64,000 nt of DNA from Campylobacterales bacterium (GCA_014763885.1 JACXUO010000001.1:62-64061), one strand, 5' to 3'; shown: positions 41,731 through 53,125, counted from the stretch's first letter. Numbers and translations are program-made. Notes: generated from the letters alone by a model not told the origin.

Positions 41731-43245
41731 TTACGCTTGAAAAGATGCTTTGAAATCTTCTAATGCTTTTCTCAACTCTGCGTCAGTATCATCAGAGATT
41801 TTCTTTTCATTTCTGATGCTTTCTAGGATGTTTGAATATTTAGCATCCATAAACGGCATCAACTCTGCTTCGAATTTAGTCACAGAAGCTACAGGGATAT
41901 CATCCAAGAATCCGTTCGCACCAGCGAAGATGATTACAACTTGTTTCTCAATTGGCACTGGAGCATATGGCCCTTGTTTAAGTACTTCAACCATTCTTTG
42001 TCCACGCTCAAGTTGTGCTCTTGTGTGATCATCAAGATCTGAAGCAAACTGTGCAAACGCTTGAAGCTCTCTAAATGATGCAAGGTCAAGTCTAAGTGTT
42101 CCAGAAACTTGTTTAGTAGCCTTGATCTGTGCAGCACCACCAACTCTTGATACTGATAGACCTACGTTGATCGCCGGTCTGATACCTGAGTTAAAGAGGT
42201 CTGTTTCCAGGAAGATCTGACCATCTGTAATAGAAATAACGTTTGTTGGGATATATGCCGCAACGTCACCCGCTTGAGTTTCAATGATCGGGAATGCAGT
42301 GATTGAACCCGCACCAAGCTCATCATTCAGTTTTGCAGCTCTCTCAAGAAGTCTTGAGTGTAGATAGAAAACATCCCCTGGGTATGCTTCACGGCCTGGA
42401 GGTCTTCTAAGGATCAAAGACATCTCTCTGTATGCAACCGCATGCTTAGAAAGGTCATCATAGAAAATTACTGCATGTCTGCCGTTGTCTCTGAAGTACT
42501 CAGCCATTGTCACACCAGCGTAAGGAGCAAGGAACTGAGCTGCAGATGAGTCAGCTGCACCAGCGTTAACTACGATTGTGTAATCCATAGCACCGTGCTC
42601 TTCAAGCTTTTTCACAGTTGCTGCAACAGTTGATTGTTTTTGACCGATCGCAACATAGATACATACAACATCCTGACCTTTTTGGTTGATAATAGTATCG
42701 ATTGCAAGCGTTGTCTTACCAGTCTGTCTGTCACCGATGATAAGCTCTCTCTGTCCTCTACCTACCGGTACAAGTGCATCGATTGATTTGATACCAGTTT
42801 GAAGCGGCTCATGTACAGATTTTCTAGCCATGATCCCCGGTGCTTTCTCTTCGATAAATCTCTCTTCAGCTGCTTCAATCGCACCTTTACCGTCCATTGG
42901 CTCACCCAGTGGGTTCACTACTCTACCAAGAAGTGCATCACCTACTGGTGTTTTAAGAAGAGAACCTTCTCTTTTTACACTCATTCCCTCTTTGATACCT
43001 GCACTCTTACCAAGTACAACAACACCAACACTTGATTCTTCAAGGTTAAGTACAAGACCTCTTGCACCATTTTCAAATTCAACGACTTCACCCGCCATAC
43101 AGTTGTTTAGACCGTATACTGTTGCAATACCGTCAGCGATACCTACTACTTTACCAACTTCGTTGATATCAACATCAATCTCAAAGTTCTCAATTCTCTC
43201 TTTGATGATCGAACTAATCTCATCTGCTTGCAATTTGTTTGCCAC
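41731..43245 (-). CDS. atpA: ATP synthase alpha subunit
   Basis: [20 protein letters not shown]. Confidence 0.99.
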   Translation of the reverse strand: MANKLQADEISSIIKERIENFEIDVDINEVGKVVGIADGIATVYGLNNCMAGEVVEFENGARGLVLNLEESSVGVVVLGKSAGIKEGMSVKREGSLLKTPVGDALLGRVVNPLGEPMDGKGAIEAAEERFIEEKAPGIMARKSVHEPLQTGIKSIDALVPVGRGQRELIIGDRQTGKTTLAIDTIINQKGQDVVCIYVAIGQKQSTVAATVKKLEEHGAMDYTIVVNAGAADSSAAQFLAPYAGVTMAEYFRDNGRHAVIFYDDLSKHAVAYREMSLILRRPPGREAYPGDVFYLHSRLLERAAKLNDELGAGSITAFPIIETQAGDVAAYIPTNVISITDGQIFLETDLFNSGIRPAINVGLSVSRVGGAAQIKATKQVSGTLRLDLASFRELQAFAQFASDLDDHTRAQLERGQRMVEVLKQGPYAPVPIEKQVVIIFAGANGFLDDIPVASVTKFEAELMPFMDAKYSNILESIRNEKKISDDTDAELRKALEDFKASFQA

Positions 43246-43268
43246 TGCTACTCCTTTCTATTTGATAA

Positions 43269-43796
43269 CTACAATGATTTCTTGATGAAATCGATCAGTT
43301 GTTCTTTAACTCTCTGCTTAGAGAAGTTTACCTCAATACCCAAATCATCTACCGTCACACGTATTCCGTCCAAATCCGACTTTTCCTGAGCCAATTTGAT
43401 CGTTGCACCTGTATACTTCTGAAGAGTCTCTTCAAGATCAGCCAACGCTGCATCATCCAAGAGATTGGCACTTTTAACCACACCCTCATATCGGTTGGAC
43501 TTTTTTTGCAGCTCTTTGTTCAACACTTTTGAGACTACTGGAATGAGATCCAACCTCTTATTTTCACCAAGGATTTTGATAAAGTTTTTCATTGCAGCAT
43601 TAGCACTCTCACCCAATGCTTTCAAAACCATATCAGTTTTCTTCTCAGCTGCAATAATCGGTGATGTTAATGCATTCATAACTTCTTTGTTGCAGATTGC
43701 TTCTGATAGTGTGCTAAGCAGCGCTGCATCTGCTGCTATATCTTTACTTACTGCGCCAAGTGCCTGTGCATATCTTCTAGCAATTAGTTCTTCCAT
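43269..43796 (-). CDS. atpH: ATP synthase delta subunit
   Basis: IARRYAQAL; L.ENKRL; operon position. Confidence 0.93.
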   Translation of the reverse strand: MEELIARRYAQALGAVSKDIAADAALLSTLSEAICNKEVMNALTSPIIAAEKKTDMVLKALGESANAAMKNFIKILGENKRLDLIPVVSKVLNKELQKKSNRYEGVVKSANLLDDAALADLEETLQKYTGATIKLAQEKSDLDGIRVTVDDLGIEVNFSKQRVKEQLIDFIKKSL

Positions 43797-44350
43797 TATG
43801 CCACCTTCTTCTTCACGATTTCAACCACTTTGGATTCACCAAGCATAATGTCATCGTTTGTGATGCTTTCACCAAGAACTTCATCGATCACTTCTCTGGC
43901 AGACTTTTTCTCTTCGAGCTTGATCTTCTCTGCGAACTGCTTTTCCATCACTTCAAGTTCCACTGCATTTGCACGTGCAATACCTTCAGCCAGGACTACA
44001 GCCTCTTTTTTCGCATCTTCGATGATCTGGAGAGCTCTTGCTTCAGCTTCTGAAACACGCTCTTCTGCTTCTCTCTTCTCATCTTTTGCTGCCTGAAGCT
44101 TCTCTTCAATCTCTTTCAATTGAGACTCAATCCCTGCCTGTCTTCCCTTAAAGAAATTCTTGATTGGATTCGCCAACAGGTAGTAAAGCAGACCTGCAAA
44201 GATAATGAAGTTTACCAATCTCGGTACAAAGTCTGTCTCTCTTCCTGTGATCTGGAAGTAGTGACTCTCTGCAGCATTTCCACCCGATGCAAGAACAACA
44301 GCCGGAACCAAAAACAAAGCGTATAGTGCTATTTTTTTCATCTCTGTCAT
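43796..44350 (-). CDS. atpF: ATP synthase b subunit
   Basis: TM RLVNFIIF followed by a coiled coil; operon position. Confidence 0.9.
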   Translation of the reverse strand: MTEMKKIALYALFLVPAVVLASGGNAAESHYFQITGRETDFVPRLVNFIIFAGLLYYLLANPIKNFFKGRQAGIESQLKEIEEKLQAAKDEKREAEERVSEAEARALQIIEDAKKEAVVLAEGIARANAVELEVMEKQFAEKIKLEEKKSAREVIDEVLGESITNDDIMLGESKVVEIVKKKVA

Positions 44351-44356
44351 CCCTCC

Positions 44357-44779
44357 TTATAGTTTGCTGAACTTTGCTTTTAGGCTCTCTTTGAAGAGAG
44401 GCATCTGTGAAAGAAGTGAGTTCTTAAGCTCTTCTCTGTTACTTGCCAGTCTTTCAACGAAACTTGCATATTCCTGTTCAAGCTCACTCTGTTTAGTTTC
44501 GACTTTACTTGCAGCCAATGTTTTTTCATCATCGATTGCTTTCTGCCTGATCGCTGCAGCTTCAGCTTTAGCATTGCTAAGAATCTCTTCTGCTTTAGCG
44601 TTAAGTTCATCGGTATTGCCGCTCAAACCTTTTGCTGCTTCCAAATCTTTTGCTATCGAGTGATCTCTGTCATCCATGAATTTAATCAGCGGCTGAAATA
44701 GCATATTATTTAAAAGAACAAGAAGGGCGATGAACAGTACCAGAACAAACAACATTAACGGTAAATGTAGGTCAAGCAT
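44357..44779 (-). CDS. ATP synthase b' subunit
   Basis: N-terminal TM, LFQPL..FMDDR, coiled coil. Confidence 0.9.
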   Translation of the reverse strand: MLDLHLPLMLFVLVLFIALLVLLNNMLFQPLIKFMDDRDHSIAKDLEAAKGLSGNTDELNAKAEEILSNAKAEAAAIRQKAIDDEKTLAASKVETKQSELEQEYASFVERLASNREELKNSLLSQMPLFKESLKAKFSKL

Positions 44780-44841
44780 TCAAACTCCTCATGTAATTTC
44801 GCGCTATTTTACCATCTAGCACATGAGAAGCGGGTTAAATA

Positions 44842-45711
44842 TTATGCTTTTTTGAGGATTGATAAAAAGTTTTCAATTTCTTCTGCTGAGCTGAAACTAA
44901 TCTCTACACTTTTGGATTTTATTTTATGCCTGAAAGGCAACACGCTACTGATCTCACTCCTGTAGTCATCCATCAGTGCTGTTTTTGTCTGCGGTTTCAA
45001 CTTTTTTTCATGATTGTTTTTATAGTTTTTGACTATCTTTTCAGCCTCTCTCACTGAGAGTTTTTGGCCAATAATCGTATCAATGATCCTTTTTTGTTTC
45101 GCTGTATCCAGACCGACAAGCACTTTTGCATGTCCCTGGGAAATATTCCCTTTGAGAAGTTGCTTTTGTGCGTACTCACTCAGTGTCAGCAGACGCATCG
45201 TATTTGTAATCTGAGAACGGCTTTTATGGACAATTTCACTGAGATCCTCATGCCTGATTCCATGCACTTCGATCAGCTCTGCATAAGAGTTTGCAAGTTC
45301 TATAGGGTTGAGATTTTCTCTTTGGATATTTTCAATCAGCGCCAGCTCACGAAGCCTGATCTCGTCGATGTCCACATCTGCGATTACAGCTTTAACCAAA
45401 GGGATACCGGCAAGCTTATGGGCACGGAGACGACGTTCACCCGCAATAAGCATATACCCGTCATCTTTTTCGATCACTACGATAGGTTGCAGCAGTCCAT
45501 GCTCTTTGATAGACTCGCTTAGTTCTTGCAGTGCCTGTTCATCAAAATGCTTGCGAGGCTGAAACGGGTTAGGAGAGATAGATGTGACTTCTATTTCTGC
45601 CACCCTTGCACCCTGTGCTTCAAGTTCGGAACTGTCCATTGAGCTCAGATCTTTGGCATAGGCTTCTTCTACCTCTGAGAGTATTTCCCCCAATCCTCTT
45701 CCCAATGCCAT
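44842..45711 (-). CDS. parB: Chromosome partitioning protein ParB
   Basis: LGRGL, PFQPRKHF, IAGERRLRA, LIENIQRENL, HTH KSRSQITN. Confidence 0.96.
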   Translation of the reverse strand: MALGRGLGEILSEVEEAYAKDLSSMDSSELEAQGARVAEIEVTSISPNPFQPRKHFDEQALQELSESIKEHGLLQPIVVIEKDDGYMLIAGERRLRAHKLAGIPLVKAVIADVDIDEIRLRELALIENIQRENLNPIELANSYAELIEVHGIRHEDLSEIVHKSRSQITNTMRLLTLSEYAQKQLLKGNISQGHAKVLVGLDTAKQKRIIDTIIGQKLSVREAEKIVKNYKNNHEKKLKPQTKTALMDDYRSEISSVLPFRHKIKSKSVEISFSSAEEIENFLSILKKA

Positions 45712-45713
45712 AT

Positions 45714-46499
45714 TTAGTTCCTGATAATCACGTTTGCAAGTTCACTATACGCCACTGAACCTTTGGAGCTTGCTGCATACTCAGTAATCGGTTTGCCGAA
45801 ACTCGGGGATTCAGCCACTTTGACATTACGCGGTATCACGATACACTCTTTACTCTTGCTGATGTGAAAGAGTTTATCTTTAAAATGGTGCGTCAGGTCT
45901 GCAAGCACCTGCTTGGAAAGGTTGTTCTGGTTCGAATACATCGTAGGCAGGAAGCCTTTGATCTTCAGTTTGGGATTGATCGTTTTCTTCAACAGACTTA
46001 CGGTATTGAGCAACTGGGCAAGCCCCTCCAATGCGAAAAATTCACACTGAATAGGAATAATCACAGAGTCTGATGCGGAAAGCGCATTGATCGTGATCGG
46101 ACCGAGTGCGGGCGGTGAATCGATAATGATATAGTCATACCGGTCTGCAATCTCCCTGATCTTCTCTTTCAGGATCAGTTCCCTGTTTTTCTTCTTTGGT
46201 GAATAAAACTCTTTTTCTATCCCGACCAAACCGATATTGGAAGGTACGATATGAAGTTTTTTAATCTCTGTTTTCAGTATCACTTCAGAGAATTTTTTAC
46301 TTCCGATCAATACATGATAGACATTGAACTCATAGTCCCCTCTGGCAAACCCCAGACTGGTTGTTGCATTAGACTGCGGATCGATATCGATAAGAAGAAC
46401 TTTTTTATCTTTTTTTGCCAATGAAGCTGCTAAATTTACAGCAGTTGTTGTTTTACCGACGCCACCTTTTTGGTTGGCAATGCTTATTACTTCACTCAT
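45714..46499 (-). CDS. parA: Chromosome partitioning ATPase ParA/Soj
   Basis: NQKGGVGKTTT, DIDPQ.NAT, IDSPP, IPRNVKVAESPSFG. Confidence 0.96.
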   Translation of the reverse strand: MSEVISIANQKGGVGKTTTAVNLAASLAKKDKKVLLIDIDPQSNATTSLGFARGDYEFNVYHVLIGSKKFSEVILKTEIKKLHIVPSNIGLVGIEKEFYSPKKKNRELILKEKIREIADRYDYIIIDSPPALGPITINALSASDSVIIPIQCEFFALEGLAQLLNTVSLLKKTINPKLKIKGFLPTMYSNQNNLSKQVLADLTHHFKDKLFHISKSKECIVIPRNVKVAESPSFGKPITEYAASSKGSVAYSELANVIIRN

Positions 46500-47131
46500 C
46501 GTAAACTATACACCTTCTTACCATTGATTAATAATGACCCATCTTCCTCTAAAGTAGCGTCTGACAGGCTCTTTCTGAGATTTCCAATATGCACGGAGAA
46601 CCTCCTGCTTAATTCAAATTCTACCCGATACTCACTAAAGATATGCTTCCATCCTGGAAATTTCTCCAGTGCAAAAAGAAACTTTTTCAATAATATTTCG
46701 GGATGGATATCGACACCTAGGGCCCTGTAGCCATTTTGCCCATTTTTTAAATTTATTCCGATACCACACACTAAAGTCTGACCAACTTTTTTCGTGATCG
46801 TACCTCCCACTTTTTCATCATTCAGATAAAAATCGTTAGGCCATTTCAACCATATATTTTGATGATACTCCAGAAGTACCTCTTTCATCACATAGGAAAA
46901 GTAGATCGAGGCCGAAGACAAAGGCAGATCTGAAGGCAACTGATCCAAAGAGATCGCGACAGAAGCAAAAAAGTTGCCTTTCCCACCACTCCACTGATTA
47001 TCACGGCTGCCCACTCCCGCACTCTGTTCGAGTGCGATCACCGCACAGGGTGGGCTTAACCTCCCTGCCTTGAGTGCATCGACAAGGTAGTTTTGTGTTG
47101 AGGGGAGAAGATCAAAGGATAGAATCTCCAA
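46496..47131 (-). CDS. birA: Biotin--[acetyl-CoA carboxylase] ligase (no HTH)
   Basis: STQ, QSAGVGSR..W, KWPND, KVGG. Confidence 0.92.
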   Translation of the reverse strand: MEILSFDLLPSTQNYLVDALKAGRLSPPCAVIALEQSAGVGSRDNQWSGGKGNFFASVAISLDQLPSDLPLSSASIYFSYVMKEVLLEYHQNIWLKWPNDFYLNDEKVGGTITKKVGQTLVCGIGINLKNGQNGYRALGVDIHPEILLKKFLFALEKFPGWKHIFSEYRVEFELSRRFSVHIGNLRKSLSDATLEEDGSLLINGKKVYSLR

Positions 47132-48026
47132 CTTTTATCCCCCTTCCAATACAGTATGCTCTGGCAGGAACAGCCTTTTTTGAGGCAGGCTGAATAACTC
47201 CTATCCGTACAGACCCCTTACCGCATCCTACAATGGCGCTATCCTCTTCAAATCCCAGCAGCTCAAAAGGATGATGCGGTACATCTCTCTCAACCAGACT
47301 CATCTCATCAAATTTTGTGCCATTTCCAGCAAAGATGCCAGGCCAGCCTTCAAATGCACGGTATTTGTTGTAGAGCAACTCCGCATCTGCAAAGTCCACT
47401 TCGCCGTCACTCTTCCTGATCTTTTTACAGAGTGATGCCTCGGCTTCATTCTGTGGCTCAGGAGTGATCCCATTAAAATTTCTTATTGTAGAAAGCGTAA
47501 GTGCGCACGCATCGTGTGTCAGCTGCTGCATCAATGCATGCAGCCTCATATTTTCCGGAATCTCAAAGACTCTTTTCTCCAGGATCGGGCCTGTATCCAA
47601 TCCCTCTTCCATCAGCATGGATGTGACACCGGTGACTTTGTCTCCGTTCAGGAGTGACTGCTGGACAGGAGATGCTCCTCTGTATTGAGGGAGCAAAGAA
47701 GCATGCAGGTTGATACAGGGGGCAATATCGAGTACGGCTTTAGGCAGGAGCTGTCCAAAAGCCGCTACAACGATAAAGTCAGGGACTTCTGCCTTGATCG
47801 CTTCTACGATCCCTTCATCACTGAGTCTGTTGGGCTGGAGTACCTCTATCCCCTCTTCACCGGCCAGGACTTTGACAGGGGGAGGAGTAAGCACTTTCTT
47901 TCGTCCTACGGGACGGTCAGGCTGGGTGATCACCAGTCTTACATCCATCTCTTCAGCTTCAATCAATGTAGCCAATATCTCCCTGGCATAGTGCGGGGTA
48001 CCCATATAGACAATTTTATAACGCAT
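47112..48026 (-). CDS. fmt: Methionyl-tRNA formyltransferase
   Basis: YMGTP, TQPDRPVGR, INLHASLLPQYRGASP, GLDTG. Confidence 0.96.
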   Translation of the reverse strand: MRYKIVYMGTPHYAREILATLIEAEEMDVRLVITQPDRPVGRKKVLTPPPVKVLAGEEGIEVLQPNRLSDEGIVEAIKAEVPDFIVVAAFGQLLPKAVLDIAPCINLHASLLPQYRGASPVQQSLLNGDKVTGVTSMLMEEGLDTGPILEKRVFEIPENMRLHALMQQLTHDACALTLSTIRNFNGITPEPQNEAEASLCKKIRKSDGEVDFADAELLYNKYRAFEGWPGIFAGNGTKFDEMSLVERDVPHHPFELLGFEEDSAIVGCGKGSVRIGVIQPASKKAVPARAYCIGRGIKVGDSIL

Positions 48027-48034
48027 ACTCTCCC

Positions 48035-48802
48035 TTACCTTTTTGTTGTAAACAGTGTTCCGCCCTGATGTACTTTATCGATCAGAAAAGATTTCACATC
48101 ACTCAGATCAAATCCGCTTGCAAGAAACATCTCCCTTTGACGTCTCATCAGAAAATCGGCGGATTGAAGTTTGGTCACAATACCACCTGTTGCAAATTCA
48201 TTGTTTGGTGTATGAGCTGCTTTGAGTTCTGCTTCCTCAAGACAGGTTACCACCATCCTTCTCTGCGCATCTTCATACTTATGCGGATCTTTGTCATACA
48301 AGGCATCGATATCCGAGAGGATCACCAGCAGATCCGCATCAAAATAGTGTGCCACGTGTGCCGAGAGTCTGTCATTGTCACCAAACACCAGTTCATCGAT
48401 ACTGACGGTATCATTTTCATTGATGATTGGCACCACCCCATGCGTCAGGAGGGTATCGATAGCAACTTTTGCATGTGCGATAGGCTTTTCAGACTCGAAT
48501 ACATCCGCACTGAGCAATACCTGCGAACAGAGCAGGTCAAATATCTCAAACTTCTCCTGATACATTTTGAGCAGGAGCGGCTGGCCAATCGCAGCCAGAG
48601 CCTGTTTGTTTGGCACCGACTTTCGGTCAAGGGGAAGTTTCGTATACCCTGCCGCAACCGCACCGGAACTCACCAAAATCACCTCATAGCTATTTGCTTT
48701 CAGCAGCGTGATCAGCTCTACGAGCGCCAACATACGGCGTCGGGCGATCATCCCATTCTCAGTAAGTACATGGGAACCCACTTTGATAACAATGCGACTC
48801 AT
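48035..48802 (-). CDS. proB: Glutamate 5-kinase (no PUA domain)
   Basis: [32 protein letters not shown]. Confidence 0.96.
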   Translation of the reverse strand: MSRIVIKVGSHVLTENGMIARRRMLALVELITLLKANSYEVILVSSGAVAAGYTKLPLDRKSVPNKQALAAIGQPLLLKMYQEKFEIFDLLCSQVLLSADVFESEKPIAHAKVAIDTLLTHGVVPIINENDTVSIDELVFGDNDRLSAHVAHYFDADLLVILSDIDALYDKDPHKYEDAQRRMVVTCLEEAELKAAHTPNNEFATGGIVTKLQSADFLMRRQREMFLASGFDLSDVKSFLIDKVHQGGTLFTTKR

Positions 48803-49920
48803 TAAGCCTCCTCCTGCTCCTCTTCTTTCACTGCTTTAATATAATCATTCAGCACGTAACGTAATGCCTCAGTATTGAAATGGGTTACCGAAGAGATAGG
48901 TATCACAAAAAGAGGCTCATTTTGAGGAAGTTTTACTCCGAAATCTTTCTCGAAACCGTATGTACTGTATTCCGGATTTGCTTTAAACTTATTCAGTGTT
49001 TTATTCGCACTCAGTCCGATATCACTTAAAAACTTTTCAGTGAGCCTGTTCGCTTCTTCTGCATCAAATGCATCGGTTTTAGTTATCGCTACGGCAAACT
49101 TACGTTTTGCCAGTTCTTCAGAATAACGTTCGAGTTCTACCAACAATGACTCATATTGATATTTCATCTCCCTATAATTGGCTGCATCGATCAACAATAG
49201 TAAGGTTTTCGTTCTCTCAATATGACGTAAAAATTCCAATCCCAATCCTCTACCGTCACTTGCACCTTCAATGATTCCCGGAATATCTGCCATCATGAAT
49301 GAATCAAAGTCTCCAACCTGCACCACTCCCAGCTTCGGTGTCAATGTGGTAAATTCATAGTTCGCCACTTGAGGTCTTGCATTTGAAAGTGTGGAGATCA
49401 ATGTAGACTTCCCTACGTTAGGATACCCTACGAGTCCTACATCTGCAACCATTTTCATCTCAAGTCTGATATGCTTTGTGATACCTGGCAGACCCGGCTG
49501 TGCATACGTTGGCCTTTGGTTACTCGCATTTTTGAAGTGCATATTTCCAAGGCCGCCTTTGCCGCCTTCCAGAAAAAGTACTTTTTCACCTTCTTCAAGT
49601 AGATCGAAAAGCTCTTCCTCTGTCTCAGCATCAATGACTGTAGTCCCCGGAGGAACGATAATTGTTGTATCTTGCCCCTTACGTCCATACTTCTTGCGTC
49701 CCTCCCCAGGTCTTCCATTCTCCGCTTTGATATGGTTACGCCCGCGAAGTGCGGAGAGTGTATCGGTATTGTTGTCTACTTTAAAATAGACTGAACCGCC
49801 ACGGCCGCCGTCACCGCCGTCAGGGCCTCCTTTTACAACAAATTTTTCTGTCCAGAATGAAACACATCCTGCCCCACCCTTACCTGAGCTCACCATAAGC
49901 TCTACACTGTCTACAAACAT
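48802..49920 (-). CDS. obgE: GTPase ObgE
   Basis: [30 protein letters not shown]. Confidence 0.97.
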   Translation of the reverse strand: MFVDSVELMVSSGKGGAGCVSFWTEKFVVKGGPDGGDGGRGGSVYFKVDNNTDTLSALRGRNHIKAENGRPGEGRKKYGRKGQDTTIIVPPGTTVIDAETEEELFDLLEEGEKVLFLEGGKGGLGNMHFKNASNQRPTYAQPGLPGITKHIRLEMKMVADVGLVGYPNVGKSTLISTLSNARPQVANYEFTTLTPKLGVVQVGDFDSFMMADIPGIIEGASDGRGLGLEFLRHIERTKTLLLLIDAANYREMKYQYESLLVELERYSEELAKRKFAVAITKTDAFDAEEANRLTEKFLSDIGLSANKTLNKFKANPEYSTYGFEKDFGVKLPQNEPLFVIPISSVTHFNTEALRYVLNDYIKAVKEEEQEEA

Positions 49921-50121
49921 TTATAAAAACCTTTAAATATATAAAAAAATTCTCGAACTATCACGATGATTAATAAATTGTAGAATTATATCCAAAATCA
50001 GGAAATAGTGAGAATGAAAAGATGACAAAACCTATAAAACACTCGCTGCAACTATCAAGATATCTAACGATCTTCTATGAAAATGATTGGGATAGTATGA
50101 AAATTAAATAGGATAGAGATA

Positions 50122-50138
50122 TCCGGCAAAAAGCCGGA
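50122..50138 (-). terminator. Stem-loop after rpmA
   Basis: TCCGGC-ttttt-GCCGGA. Confidence 0.45.
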
Positions 50139-50153
50139 CAGAAGTATAAAAAA

Positions 50154-50408
50154 TTATGCAGGTACTACAGAAACTTTCTTTTGTTTTGCAGTATGGTTCT
50201 CAAACTTTACAACACCTTCTACCATTGCGAAGATTGTATGGTCTTTACCCATTCCAACACCCTTACCCGGTTTTACTTTTGTACCTCTTTGTCTAATGAT
50301 GATATTTCCCGGTACTACCGCTTCACCACCAGCTTTTTTAACACCTAAACGACGTCCCGCTGAATCGCGGTTGTTCTGAGTTGATCCCTGACCTTTCTTG
50401 TGTGCCAT
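50154..50408 (-). CDS. rpmA: 50S ribosomal protein L27
   Basis: [16 protein letters not shown]. Confidence 0.99.
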   Translation of the reverse strand: MAHKKGQGSTQNNRDSAGRRLGVKKAGGEAVVPGNIIIRQRGTKVKPGKGVGMGKDHTIFAMVEGVVKFENHTAKQKKVSVVPA

Positions 50409-50430
50409 TTCGTCTCCTTACTTTACTTAA

Positions 50431-50736
50431 TTATGCGATTGAAGTAATTCTTACTCTAGTAAAGTCTCTTCTGAAACCTCTTTTTAGCTTAGAGTCTTTT
50501 CTTCTTCTCTTTTTGTAAATGATCACTTTTTTATCTCTACCTTCGTTGATCACTTCACCTTTAACTACAGCACCCTCTACAAACGGAGTTCCTACAGTTA
50601 ATTCACCATTGTCGATTGCAAGAACTTCTTTGAATTCTACTGCTGCTTTTGGCTCAAGGTTCATGTTGTCAAAAGCGATGATATCACCCTCTTTTACTTT
50701 GAACTGCTGGCCACTTGCTTTAATGATTGCGTACAT
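50431..50736 (-). CDS. rplU: 50S ribosomal protein L21
   Basis: [14 protein letters not shown]...KKRRRKDS. Confidence 0.98.
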   Translation of the reverse strand: MYAIIKASGQQFKVKEGDIIAFDNMNLEPKAAVEFKEVLAIDNGELTVGTPFVEGAVVKGEVINEGRDKKVIIYKKRRRKDSKLKRGFRRDFTRVRITSIA

Positions 50737-50822
50737 TGCAAACCCTTTACTACGAATTTTAAAAGTTCGTGATTATACCCAAACAAGTTTTAATTTAATT
50801 TTAAACTAAACTTATTTTCGGG

Positions 50823-51221
50823 TCAGAATGTATAATTCGCGCCTGCAAGTGCGATACACTCTATCTCTACCAAAACATTTTTAGGCAATGTTTTTACAGC
50901 GACTGTGCTTCTAGCGGGTTTATGTAGACCAAAATAGTGTGCATAGACTTCATTGACTTTTGCAAAGTCATTCATATCTGCCAGAAAAATCGTTGTTTTG
51001 ACGACATCATTAAAGTGGGCACCTGCCGCTTCCAGTACATAGTAAAGATTTTTCATTACCTGATGCGTTTGATGTTCTATATCACCTTCTTCCAGTGTTC
51101 CATCAGGCCTCAAAGCAATCTGCCCTGATGTAAAGATAAATCCATTCGCTTCTATCGCCTGTGAATAGGGTCCGATTGCCTGTGGTGCCTCTTTTGTTGA
51201 AATCAATTTCATCATGATCAT
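50823..51221 (-). CDS. ridA: RidA-family enamine/imine deaminase
   Basis: [26 protein letters not shown]. Confidence 0.92.
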   Translation of the reverse strand: MIMMKLISTKEAPQAIGPYSQAIEANGFIFTSGQIALRPDGTLEEGDIEHQTHQVMKNLYYVLEAAGAHFNDVVKTTIFLADMNDFAKVNEVYAHYFGLHKPARSTVAVKTLPKNVLVEIECIALAGANYTF

Positions 51222-51236
51222 CCTTTTTGTTGTATT

Positions 51237-51596
51237 TTACTGGTTTTGAGTGTTTTTCTTTATATTTCTTTCATAAAAGATATAGGAGGTAGAGTAGTCG
51301 GAAAATTCGAAATATACCTTCTCTTCACCCGGATCTTTTTGATAGTTGAAGTTGGTATCATCGATACCATATCCATAACGATACGGTCTCATCTCACTGT
51401 CTTTTGTTCCAAACGCTGTCGAGAGTTTGTCGATTTTGATAAAACGGTGTACCAGCTTCTCCCCGGCATAGACATCCAATACTCCGTTCGTCCCGGTCCA
51501 GTTCTGCAATGAACGGCTCAAAGAGTTCTGTGTCTCCTGCGTACAACTCACAAAAAAGAGTGAAAGCAGCATCCAAAAGATTAACTTTGTTCTCAT
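51237..51596 (-). CDS. Hypothetical lipoprotein
   Basis: Lipobox FVSC after a basic/hydrophobic signal. Confidence 0.75.
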   Translation of the reverse strand: MRTKLIFWMLLSLFFVSCTQETQNSLSRSLQNWTGTNGVLDVYAGEKLVHRFIKIDKLSTAFGTKDSEMRPYRYGYGIDDTNFNYQKDPGEEKVYFEFSDYSTSYIFYERNIKKNTQNQ

Positions 51597-51620
51597 TTTC
51601 TTTCTCCTTTTTTACGCATT

Positions 51621-52319
51621 CTACTCAATTTTTGCTTTTGGCATCTCAAACTTCTGGGTCACCAATTCCCCTTCGGTATTGAAGTAGAGATAGTAGAGCT
51701 TGTCTTTCACTACCGGCAGCCCCGCAAGATATCTTAACGCAAGATTTGCCTGCAGCGAAGCGATATGCATGACGATCGGTGCAGTGATCCCTCCCGGCTT
51801 ATGGTCAGAGAGGTTAAAGACCTGGAAACTTGACGCTTCAAAGAAACAGACCTGCCCGTTAAACTCCTCTACGCTGGCATAGATCCATGGTGTTTCAGTC
51901 TCCTTCGCGAACTTGTCGATCTGGGCTCTTGTCGGGAGATTGTCCGTGGCATCCAGGATCAGGTCATAGCTGTTGCCCATTTCGGTAAACGCTTCAAACT
52001 CCATCTCAAAAGCTACCGGTTTGACAAACGGGTTTTTCTTCTCTATCAGCGCAGCAACTGTCCGCGCCTTGTTTTTTCCCTCATCTTCAAGCGTAAAAGC
52101 GATCTGTCTGTGGATGTTGTGATCGGAGACCGTATCGAAATCGACCATATGGATCTCACCGATCCCTGAGGTTCCGAGTGCCATTGCCAGGCTGCACCCC
52201 AACCCTCCCGCACCGATAACCACGATCTTTTTTTTCTGGAGATTCTGCTGTACGCTTGATCCCCACAGCTGAATCTGACGATTGAAATACTCTTCCTGTG
52301 TTACCCTGTCCTGTATCAT
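51621..52319 (-). CDS. ThiF/MoeB-family adenylyltransferase lacking the Zn-binding CxxC region
   Basis: YFNRQI, IGAGGLG, DFDTVS.HNIHRQ, DATDN. Confidence 0.85.
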   Translation of the reverse strand: MIQDRVTQEEYFNRQIQLWGSSVQQNLQKKKIVVIGAGGLGCSLAMALGTSGIGEIHMVDFDTVSDHNIHRQIAFTLEDEGKNKARTVAALIEKKNPFVKPVAFEMEFEAFTEMGNSYDLILDATDNLPTRAQIDKFAKETETPWIYASVEEFNGQVCFFEASSFQVFNLSDHKPGGITAPIVMHIASLQANLALRYLAGLPVVKDKLYYLYFNTEGELVTQKFEMPKAKIE

Positions 52320-53125
52320 AGCCGTCCTTTCAATTCTCGTTCAAAACCCCATGCTTTACGGTGTTCAGTTACCTCATCCCTCTCTATGACCTCAACCAGC
52401 ATAGACTCTTTATCCTCAAGCATCATCTCTACTTCACCTTCGGGATTGACAAGCATCGTATCACCGTAGAACCTCCACTTGACCTTCTCATCCTGGTACT
52501 CTCCCAGGCGATTAGCCCGCAAAATAAAACAACCGTGCAGAAATGCTTTGGTCTTGATGATCTCTCTCCACCGGTTATGAGAACCGAAGGTCGAAGCAGT
52601 CGGCAAAAGCACCAGATCCGCTTTTTTTTCTGTGACTTTCTGCCAAAAGTAATCAAAATGCAGCTCAAATCCTGCCATCACCATCACCTTGAAACCCTTG
52701 ATTGAAAAACTCATCGGGGCTTTGAGCTTATCACATGTATCGTTGGAAAAAAAATTCTTTTCGTCCCAGTGCGGATAGGGAAGCAGTATCTGCTGTTCGT
52801 AGTAGCTGATACTCTTGGGGGTAACCTTTGCTATGGTTTTATGAAACCCATCCTTTTTGGTCAGAATGATCGGCGCAATAAAAACAATCTCATATTTTTG
52901 GGCGAACCGTTTCAGCAGTTCCAGATGCTTGCGCGTCTGCTCTTTGAGCATCGCTTTGGACATCTTCTCAAACTCTTTAAAAAAGTGATTGAGCACATAC
53001 TCTCCAAGGAGTATTATATCGGCCTTGCGCTGATGTGCCTGCTTGAGATAGAACTCCAGCCTGGTTGCATTCATGCCAAGTGTTGGCAATTGCAGTGCAG
53101 CCACTACAAGTTGTTTACGCATCAC
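52316..53125 (-). CDS. Carbon-nitrogen hydrolase (nitrilase-fold) family protein with a degenerate active site
   Basis: LGEY, LLPTA, RA..., ANR.G, FYGDT.LVNP.G; the canonical K and C positions read Q and G. Confidence 0.8.
   Translation of the reverse strand: MMRKQLVVAALQLPTLGMNATRLEFYLKQAHQRKADIILLGEYVLNHFFKEFEKMSKAMLKEQTRKHLELLKRFAQKYEIVFIAPIILTKKDGFHKTIAKVTPKSISYYEQQILLPYPHWDEKNFFSNDTCDKLKAPMSFSIKGFKVMVMAGFELHFDYFWQKVTEKKADLVLLPTASTFGSHNRWREIIKTKAFLHGCFILRANRLGEYQDEKVKWRFYGDTMLVNPEGEVEMMLEDKESMLVEVIERDEVTEHRKAWGFERELKGRL

Noticed and set aside
44780-46500. parS site near parAB
   Set aside because: No TGTTTCACGTGAAACA-like palindrome found by eye.
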